A stretch of DNA of 64,000 bases, from the NCBI GenBank assembly GCA_964511555.1, contig CAZEFR010000001.1:83698-147697 (forward strand). The letters are read 5' to 3'. The notes beneath the pieces were generated by a model. It saw only the letters and a list, made by a program, of their open reading frames with translations, did no database searches and was not told the DNA's origin. This document shows positions 57,353 through 64,000 of this stretch, piece after piece. A program made the translations under genes and the position numbers. The stretch is from an uncultured Chryseobacterium sp. (GTDB taxonomy: Bacteria > Bacteroidota > Bacteroidia > Flavobacteriales_D > Sanyastnellaceae). The first letter of the stretch is position 1. Every line of letters begins with the position of its first letter.

Positions 57353-58570
57353 ATGCAAGAAAATACGCGTGTTGGCAAGGTTTCCCAATTGTTGGAAAAG
57401 TTATCTGAATCTGCAACTTTAGCTATGGCCCGTATGGGTCGTGAATTGGCTGCAGAAGGTAAGCCCGTGGTGAACCTTTCTATTGGTGAACCCGATTTTA
57501 ATACACCTGATTTCATTAAGGATGCTGCTATTGCAGCCATTCATGCAAATGTTACGCATTACCCGCCTGTAAACGGATTTCCAGAATTGCGTCAGGCGAT
57601 TTCAAATAAGTTTAAGCGCGATAACGGACTTTCTTATTCACCTGAACAAGTGGTAGTAAGCACCGGAGCTAAGCAGAGTTTGGCCAATGTAATTTTAGCA
57701 TTGGTGAACCCAGGCGACGAAGTAATTATGCCGAGTCCATATTGGGTAAGTTACGCTGAATTGGTGAAGATGGCCGGAGGTACCGTGGTTGAGCTGCACG
57801 CTGGAATTGAGAGCAATTTCAAAATTACTCCAGAAGGATTAAGCAGCGCCATTAACGATAAAACGAAGTTGATCATTTACAGCTCGCCTTGCAATCCTAC
57901 GGGTTCTGTATATAGCAAGGAAGAGCTTGAAGCGTTGAGCAAAGTGATTCTTCAGCACGAAGGTGTTTATGTGATAAGCGACGAAATTTATGAGCTAATT
58001 AATTTTGTTGGAAAGACGCATTCTATCGGTGCTTGCGAAGGTATGTTAGACCGCACCATTACGGTGAACGGTGTGTCGAAAGCATTCGCAATGACGGGAT
58101 GGAGATTGGGATATATTGGAGCGCCGCTTTGGGTTGCTCAAGCTTGCAATAAAATGCAAGGACAAATTACAAGTGGTGCAAACACCATTGCGCAGATGGC
58201 AGCGAAGGCAGCTTTAGAAGCAGATCCTTCTGTTGTCAGTGAAATGATTGCTGTATTTAAATCGCGCAGGGATCGTGTTTATGGGGGTCTTTCTAAAATC
58301 CCTGGATTGAAAATTAATTTACCTGAAGCAGCGTTTTACTTTTACATAGATGTTACCGCTTTCTTTAACACAACAGACGGTGAAACCGTTGTGAAGAGTT
58401 CGGAAGATATGGCCATGTATTTGTTGCGCAAAGTATATGTTGCAACGGTAGCCGGAGATGCCTTTGGTGATTCAAATTGCATTCGTATTTCTTATGCAAC
58501 TTCTGAAGAGAATTTAGATCAAGCCGTTTCCCGCATGACACAAGCCTTATCCGAATTAAAACCCTTGTAA
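57353..58570 (+). CDS. Pyridoxal-phosphate-dependent aminotransferase, class I (aspartate aminotransferase-like)
   Basis: LSIGEPDF, NPTG, and SKAFAMTGWRLGY (PLP lysine). Confidence 0.9.
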   Translation: MQENTRVGKVSQLLEKLSESATLAMARMGRELAAEGKPVVNLSIGEPDFNTPDFIKDAAIAAIHANVTHYPPVNGFPELRQAISNKFKRDNGLSYSPEQVVVSTGAKQSLANVILALVNPGDEVIMPSPYWVSYAELVKMAGGTVVELHAGIESNFKITPEGLSSAINDKTKLIIYSSPCNPTGSVYSKEELEALSKVILQHEGVYVISDEIYELINFVGKTHSIGACEGMLDRTITVNGVSKAFAMTGWRLGYIGAPLWVAQACNKMQGQITSGANTIAQMAAKAALEADPSVVSEMIAVFKSRRDRVYGGLSKIPGLKINLPEAAFYFYIDVTAFFNTTDGETVVKSSEDMAMYLLRKVYVATVAGDAFGDSNCIRISYATSEENLDQAVSRMTQALSELKPL

Positions 58571-58571
58571 A

Positions 58572-59573
58572 GTGAAGAAAGAATCTGTACAATCGTTTTT
58601 CAATTCATTGTCTGGCAAGACCATCTTGGTTGTTGGAGACGTTATGATTGATGCCTATTTGTGGGGAAAAGTTGAAAGAATATCTCCGGAAGCGCCTGTG
58701 CCCATAGTGCATATCCAGAAGAAAGAAAATAGATTGGGTGGCGCAGCGAATGTGGCGTTGAATGTAAACAGCTTGGGTGCTAAAGCCATCATGTGTTCAG
58801 TTGTTGGAGATGGGTCGAAGGGTGATATTTTCCGAAAGACAGCGAAGGATTTGGGTTTTAGTACAGAAGGAATTATTGATTCTACAGAACGTATGACAAC
58901 CGTGAAAACGCGCGTCATTTCTGGTGGACATCACATTGTTCGGATAGATGATGAAATTACATGGCCGCTGTCTGCAACAGACGAACGGAATTTACTCGAT
59001 TGCATAGATCAGATATTAAGTAGACAGAAAATAGATGCCATTGTTTTTGAAGATTACGACAAAGGGGTTCTAACAGAGAAGGTGATCTCGCAAGTCACAG
59101 CCAAGGCAAAGTCTTTGAGCATTCCAGTGAGTGTTGATCCGAAATTGAAAAATTTCATCTTGTATAAAGACTGCACGCTTTTCAAACCAAATTTGAAAGA
59201 GTTGAAAGAAGGAATGAAGGTAGAGTTTGCCGCAGACGACACGTCCGCCATTGAACAATCGCTCTTGAATTTACGAAATGAGTTGAATGCCGAAGGAGTT
59301 ATGGTTACGCGATCAGAATATGGTGTAACATCATTCGACGGCTCAAGCTTTTCAACGCACGCAGCGCACAAGCGCGAGATTGTTGATGTTTCTGGCGCTG
59401 GAGATACCGTAATTGCTGTTGCAACTTTAGCCTTAGCTTCGAATTGGAATTTAGCAGACATTGCAGAGATAGCTAATCTTGCGGGAGGTTTGGTTTGCGA
59501 GAAAGTGGGCGTAGTACCAATAGATAGAGAATTATTACAGTCGGAAGCAGAGCGAATTGCTGTTTCAGTTTGA
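58572..59573 (+). CDS. D-glycero-beta-D-manno-heptose-7-phosphate kinase-like (RfaE domain I, PfkB family)
   Basis: GTG start. VVGDVMIDAYLWGKVERISPEAPVPIV..RLGGAANVALN, DVSGAGDT. Confidence 0.8.
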   Translation: MKKESVQSFFNSLSGKTILVVGDVMIDAYLWGKVERISPEAPVPIVHIQKKENRLGGAANVALNVNSLGAKAIMCSVVGDGSKGDIFRKTAKDLGFSTEGIIDSTERMTTVKTRVISGGHHIVRIDDEITWPLSATDERNLLDCIDQILSRQKIDAIVFEDYDKGVLTEKVISQVTAKAKSLSIPVSVDPKLKNFILYKDCTLFKPNLKELKEGMKVEFAADDTSAIEQSLLNLRNELNAEGVMVTRSEYGVTSFDGSSFSTHAAHKREIVDVSGAGDTVIAVATLALASNWNLADIAEIANLAGGLVCEKVGVVPIDRELLQSEAERIAVSV

Positions 59574-59605
59574 ACAAAATCGATGAAAATCGAATTCATG
59601 TAAGT

Positions 59606-60331
59606 ATGGAAACAGTTAAGCCCTACAATCAAGGTGGAAAGAAGGAAGAGGTTGAGCAAATGTTCGATCAGATTGCGCACAGCTATGATTTTTTGAATCA
59701 CTTCTTCTCCTTGGGAATCGATATCATCTGGCGCAAACGTGCCATTCGTATTTTAAAGAAATACCATCCGAAGAAAGTACTCGATGTTGCTACAGGAACA
59801 GCCGATTTCGCGCTTCAGGCAGTGAAGTCCAAGTTGAATGCCTCGTCTATTGTTGGAGTAGATATCTCAGAGGGAATGTTAGAAGTGGGAAGGAAGAAGG
59901 TGAAGGAAAGAGGCTTCGAACAAATTATTGAGCTGCGAAGAGGCGACTCTGAAAATCTTCCTTTTGAAGACCACAGCTTCGATGCCTACACTGTTGCCTT
60001 TGGTGTGAGAAATTTCGAAAATTTGGAACAGGGCATGCGCGAAATGTTACGCGTGTTACGTCCGAATGGAGTAGGAGTCGTTCTAGAGTTTTCTCGTCCG
60101 AAACATTTCCCCATTAAACAATTGTTCGGATTTTATTTCCGATTCATCATGCCAACACTCGGCAAATGGGTTTCGAAAGACAGCCGCGCCTATGAGTACC
60201 TTCCTGAATCAGTTGCGCAATTTCCTTCCGGAAAAGATTTCTTAGACGTTATGGAAAAGGTCGGATACAAGCGTGTGCGCTGCATTCCGTTAAGCGGAGG
60301 TATTGCGAGTATTTACATTGGTGAAAAGTGA
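59606..60331 (+). CDS. ubiE: Demethylmenaquinone/ubiquinone methyltransferase
   Basis: The ATG at 59606 gives METVKPY..VEQMFDQIAHSYDFLN. SAM motif VLDVATGTADF, plus LRPNG. Confidence 0.9.
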   Translation: METVKPYNQGGKKEEVEQMFDQIAHSYDFLNHFFSLGIDIIWRKRAIRILKKYHPKKVLDVATGTADFALQAVKSKLNASSIVGVDISEGMLEVGRKKVKERGFEQIIELRRGDSENLPFEDHSFDAYTVAFGVRNFENLEQGMREMLRVLRPNGVGVVLEFSRPKHFPIKQLFGFYFRFIMPTLGKWVSKDSRAYEYLPESVAQFPSGKDFLDVMEKVGYKRVRCIPLSGGIASIYIGEK

Positions 60332-61599
60332 AAATAGAAATTCTTCCTTCGGAAATTAGTGGAACCGTTTCGGCGCCAGCTTCGAAAAGTATTGCGCAAC
60401 GATATGTAGCCGCTGCTTTGCTTGCCGCTGGAGAAACAACCATTCGTCATTATCCGAATTCAGAAGATCCTTTTCACGCAAGAAAATTGGCAGAGGCTTT
60501 AGGAGCCATTGTTCAACTTTCAAAGAACACATTAACCATCAAAGGCGGATTTCCCGCCAATGAAATTCACGGAATACGCACTCCGCAAAAAAATCTTTTC
60601 GCCGGAGAGTCGGGTTTCGCATCGCGCTTGTTTGTACCTATTGCTGCGCTGCACAACAGTGAAAAAGTATTGAATGGAACAGGCACATTATTAAGTAGAC
60701 CTTTCTTCGAATTCGAGCCTTATCTCAATCCATTCGGTGTAACCGTTTCAACCAACCAAGGAAAATTACCTTTGACTTTTTCAGGACAATTAACAGCGGG
60801 AAAGGCTGAATTGTCTGCTGCAAATTCATCGCAATTTCTTTCGGGAATGCTTATGGCTTTGCCTCGCTGCACGGGCGATTCAGAATTGGTGATAACCGAA
60901 TTGAATAGCAAGCCTTACATTGATTTAACCCTAGCGGTGATGAAAATGTTTGGTGTTGTGGTGAAGGAAGAGGAAGGCACCTACTACATCAAAGGTTCAC
61001 AGAAATACAAACCACAAGATGTGTCGGTCGATGGTGATTGGAGTGCCGCCGTGCCTTTGCTTATCGCAGGAGCATTAACCGCAACCGAAGGTTTGTTGGT
61101 GAAGAATTTAAATACGCGTCTTCCTCAAGCCGATCAGGCTATTTTGGAAGTCTTCGAATTAGCGAAAGTGAAGTACACGCAGAACGAGAATAGTGTGAAG
61201 GTTTTTGCAAGCACCATTCAGGCATTCGATTTCGATGCCACACATTGTCCAGATTTATTCCCTTGCCTAGCGGTGTTGGCTTCCTTCGGAAACGGCGTGT
61301 CAACATTGAAAGGCGCGAAGCGACTGCACGTTAAGGAAAGCAATCGGGCGAACGCCATTGTTGAAGAATTTGCGAAATCTGGAATACGTGTTGTTGTGCG
61401 AGGTGATGATATGATGGTTTATCCGGGACATGCCCGTCCTGCTGTTTGGAACGTTCACAAAGATCACCGCATGGTTATGGCAGGCGCGCTTTTTGGAATT
61501 GCAGGAGCGAAGACCGTGTTGCAAAATCCAGAGGTTATCTCGAAGTCGTATCCCGACTTTTTCAAAGACATTCAAGCAATTGGAGCAAAGATGAAATAA
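60328..61599 (+). CDS. aroA: 3-phosphoshikimate 1-carboxyvinyltransferase (EPSP synthase)
   Basis: GTG start. APASKSIAQR, LSRPF, KESNRA, DHRMVMA. Confidence 0.88.
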   Translation: MKIEILPSEISGTVSAPASKSIAQRYVAAALLAAGETTIRHYPNSEDPFHARKLAEALGAIVQLSKNTLTIKGGFPANEIHGIRTPQKNLFAGESGFASRLFVPIAALHNSEKVLNGTGTLLSRPFFEFEPYLNPFGVTVSTNQGKLPLTFSGQLTAGKAELSAANSSQFLSGMLMALPRCTGDSELVITELNSKPYIDLTLAVMKMFGVVVKEEEGTYYIKGSQKYKPQDVSVDGDWSAAVPLLIAGALTATEGLLVKNLNTRLPQADQAILEVFELAKVKYTQNENSVKVFASTIQAFDFDATHCPDLFPCLAVLASFGNGVSTLKGAKRLHVKESNRANAIVEEFAKSGIRVVVRGDDMMVYPGHARPAVWNVHKDHRMVMAGALFGIAGAKTVLQNPEVISKSYPDFFKDIQAIGAKMK

Positions 61600-61644
61600 G
61601 TCTTTGCCAATTGAGAAGTATATTCGCATTCAAATCTATTTCGT

Positions 61645-62673
61645 ATGAAATTTACGGCAGAACAAATAGCCGGTATGTTGGAAGGAACAGTTGAAGGAAA
61701 TTCTTTGGCGGAAGTTTCAGGTCTTTCTAAAATTGAAGAAGGCAAAGCCGGAACGCTTACTTTTCTGGCCAACCCGAAATACATTTCTCATATCTACTCA
61801 ACAGGCGCAAGCATTGCCATTGTTTCAAGCGATTTTGTTGCCGAACAACCCTTGCCTGAAACGCTAACGCTTATTCGTGTAGATGATGCTTACGGAAGTT
61901 TCGCGAAGTTGTTAGAGGCGTATAGCCAATTTAAAAGACCGCGTCCGGGTATTCATGCCTCTGCTGTTATAGATGCTTCAGTTGTTCTGGGTGAAAACGT
62001 GCACATTGGAGCAGGGGTAGTGATTGAAGCTGGAGCCTCCATTGGAAGCAACACGGTGATTATGGCTCAGTCCTATTTAGGCGAGCATGTGAAGATTGGA
62101 GATTTCACCACGGTACATCCAGGTGTGAAAGTGTATAGCGAATGTGTAATTGGTTCGAATTGCACGTTGCACGCAGGTGTTATCATTGGCGCAGACGGAT
62201 TTGGTTTCGCACCTCAAGCAGACAATCGTTACGCGAAGGTTCCTCAAATTGGAAATGTAGTTGTTGAAGATCGCGTTGAAATAGGCGCGAATACCGCCAT
62301 TGACCGCGCTACCTTGGGCTCTACCATTATTCGTGAAGGAGTGAAGTTAGACAACCTCATTCAAATTGCACACAACGTTGAAATTGGAAAGAACACCGTC
62401 ATTGCTGCTTTAACTGGAATAGCGGGAAGCACCAAGATTGGTGAGAACTGTATGATAGGCGGACAGGTAGGTATTGCTGGACACTTGACTATAGCGAACG
62501 GCGTGAAAATCGCAGCTCAAACAGGCATCAGTGCTTCTGTATTGAAAGAGAATGTTGTTCTTCAAGGAACACCGGCTGTGGATACCATGGACTTCAAGAA
62601 ATCGTATATTATTCATCGCCGATTGCCGCAATTGCTCGAGCGTATAGAGCGACTTGAAAAAGGACAGAAGTAA
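61645..62673 (+). CDS. lpxD: UDP-3-O-acylglucosamine N-acyltransferase
   Basis: LTFLANPKY, hexapeptide repeats, GADGFGF, IAHNVEIG. Confidence 0.95.
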   Translation: MKFTAEQIAGMLEGTVEGNSLAEVSGLSKIEEGKAGTLTFLANPKYISHIYSTGASIAIVSSDFVAEQPLPETLTLIRVDDAYGSFAKLLEAYSQFKRPRPGIHASAVIDASVVLGENVHIGAGVVIEAGASIGSNTVIMAQSYLGEHVKIGDFTTVHPGVKVYSECVIGSNCTLHAGVIIGADGFGFAPQADNRYAKVPQIGNVVVEDRVEIGANTAIDRATLGSTIIREGVKLDNLIQIAHNVEIGKNTVIAALTGIAGSTKIGENCMIGGQVGIAGHLTIANGVKIAAQTGISASVLKENVVLQGTPAVDTMDFKKSYIIHRRLPQLLERIERLEKGQK

Positions 62674-63446
62674 TGTTATTGCTTCCTTATCTCAAACATT
62701 TACTTTTTGCGAAAGGACCTCACGGTGTTCATTCACCGTTTGTTTTCAAACTTATTACCGATGTGCTGAAGCAGCAGCGTCCTGCGGTTTGGAATCCCAT
62801 TGAAGAAGCGCGAAGAAAACTGTTGGCGAATGATACTGTTTATGTGGTGAAAGATTTCGGGGCGGGAAGCAAAGGCCTTCAGACTACTCGAACCTACTCG
62901 CGCTCTGTGGCTTCTAGCGCCATGCCGAAGAAAAAAGGAGAAGCCCTCCATTTGTTGGTTGAACATATACAGCCTTCCGGGCTGTTGGAAATAGGAACGC
63001 ATTTCGGAATAGGCACACTCTATTTATCAGAGGCTCTTCATTCCACAAAAAAAATAATTACGTTGGAAGGGGACCCCACCCATGCAGCAGAAGCGCGATC
63101 TCTTTTTCATTCCTTCCAGAAAAATAACATTGAGGTGGTTGAAGGAAATTTCAACGACACCCTTCCAACTACTTTAAATGCCTTTCCTGAAATGGAATTG
63201 GTTTATGTAGATGGAAACCATACGGAAGAGGCCACACTTCGCTATTTCGAGGTGCTACTTCAACATAAAAATATCACGTGCATTGTCTTCGACGATATCT
63301 ATTGGAGCAAAGGAATGATGCGCGCTTGGAAGAAAATATGTGCGGATTCTCGCATTGAATTGAGTCTCGATTTCTACTGGTTCGGTGTCATCTTCCTGAA
63401 TGGAAGAATGCGCAAGGAGCACTTCGATTTGTATCTACCGCGCTGA
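62673..63446 (+). CDS. Class I SAM-dependent methyltransferase (O-methyltransferase-like)
   Basis: LLEIGTHFGIGTLYL (SAM motif I) and VYVDGNH. TAATG overlap with lpxD. Confidence 0.7.
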   Translation: MLLLPYLKHLLFAKGPHGVHSPFVFKLITDVLKQQRPAVWNPIEEARRKLLANDTVYVVKDFGAGSKGLQTTRTYSRSVASSAMPKKKGEALHLLVEHIQPSGLLEIGTHFGIGTLYLSEALHSTKKIITLEGDPTHAAEARSLFHSFQKNNIEVVEGNFNDTLPTTLNAFPEMELVYVDGNHTEEATLRYFEVLLQHKNITCIVFDDIYWSKGMMRAWKKICADSRIELSLDFYWFGVIFLNGRMRKEHFDLYLPR

Positions 63447-63469
63447 TTTGTCGGGCGGTTCAAGAGGCG

Positions 63470-63497
63470 TGTCAGAAAATGCTGACAGTTCTGTCAG
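63470..63497 (+). promoter_or_regulatory. Triple half-site element TGTCAG-N6-CTGACAG-TT-CTGTCAG upstream of dnaK (candidate operator and/or terminator)
   Basis: CTGACAG-TT-CTGTCAG is a perfect 7+7 inverted repeat followed by ATTTTATT. An extra upstream TGTCAG can pair with the central arm instead. Confidence 0.35.
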
Positions 63498-63567
63498 ATT
63501 TTATTCCTGATTTCTCAATGGCATATTGGTTGAAATGCCGGGTGAAACAAATTGAAAATTTAAGAAC

Positions 63568-64000
63568 ATGAGTAAAATAATAGGCATTGACCTCGGTACC
63601 ACGAATTCGTGTGTATCTGTGATGGAAGGAAACGAGCCCGTGGTTATCGCGAACAGCGAAGGAAAGCGCACCACGCCTTCTATTGTTGCTTTCGTAGAAG
63701 GTGGTGAGCGTAAAGTAGGAGATCCTGCAAAGCGTCAAGCCATTACGAATCCAACGAAGACGATTTCAAGTATCAAACGTTTCATGGGATCATCTTTCTC
63801 TGAAACAGAAAAAGAAGCGACCCGCATGCCTTACACGGTGGTGAAGGGCGACAACAACACGCCTCGCGTTAAGATTGACGACCGTCAGTATACCCCACAG
63901 GAAATTTCAGCAATGATTCTTCAAAAGATGAAGAAGACCGCTGAAGATTATTTGGGTCAAGAAGTAACGGAAGCGGTTATCACCGTTCCAGCATACTTCA
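63568..64000 (+). CDS. dnaK: Molecular chaperone DnaK (Hsp70), 3' end lies outside the window
   Basis: My translation from the ATG at 63568 reads [51 protein letters not shown], open to the window end. This gene is absent from the ORF track because no stop codon lies within the window. Confidence 0.97.
   Translation, partial: MSKIIGIDLGTTNSCVSVMEGNEPVVIANSEGKRTTPSIVAFVEGGERKVGDPAKRQAITNPTKTISSIKRFMGSSFSETEKEATRMPYTVVKGDNNTPRVKIDDRQYTPQEISAMILQKMKKTAEDYLGQEVTEAVITVPAYF

Noticed and set aside
63521-63539. Hairpin GGCAT-N9-ATGCC just upstream of dnaK.
   Set aside because: It is a 5-bp stem with a large loop, too weak to interpret without conservation data.
1-64000. I looked for CRISPR arrays, transposases, integrases, phage genes, rRNA and obvious defence-system genes.
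   Set aside because: I saw no regularly spaced direct repeats and no ORF with recognisable recombinase, nuclease-helicase or toxin signatures. The window reads as core chromosome with envelope-related accessory genes.

Overview
This 64 kb window looks like a chromosomal segment from a Bacteroidota genome, probably Flavobacteriia-like. The evidence is three proteins with T9SS-type C-terminal sorting domains, several TAnnTTTG -7 promoter boxes, no visible Shine-Dalgarno sites, a zeaxanthin-type carotenoid operon and a bacillithiol gene. The window is densely coded and mostly housekeeping: nrdA (5' partial), greA, glyA, purA, ispH, mutL, trxB, panB, murA, grpE-dnaJ, truA, aroA, lpxD and dnaK (3' partial), plus one tRNA-His. 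I saw no CRISPR array, transposase, integrase or rRNA. Two same-strand envelope operons stand out as candidates for undescribed systems. (1) 7080-16122 encodes an oversized TonB-dependent-receptor-like barrel, a roughly 1400 aa protein with calcium-binding-type motifs and a T9SS-like C-terminal domain, and a PorV/PorQ-like barrel. (2) 23135-27626 encodes a secreted DUF4476 protein with Asn/Gly/Val ladder repeats, a TPR plus CsgG-like lipoprotein, and two LPP20/FlgP-like lipoproteins; this could be a curli-like or ring-forming export module. Other points of interest are a CTGACAG-N(1-2)-CTGTC inverted repeat upstream of both Hsp70-system transcription units, a TonB-dependent receptor paired with a T9SS esterase-like protein whose nucleophile Ser is Gly, a secreted unknown protein inside the crt operon, and start codons 4-6 nt from perfect -7 boxes. 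All functional calls rest on motif recognition by eye. No database search was run.
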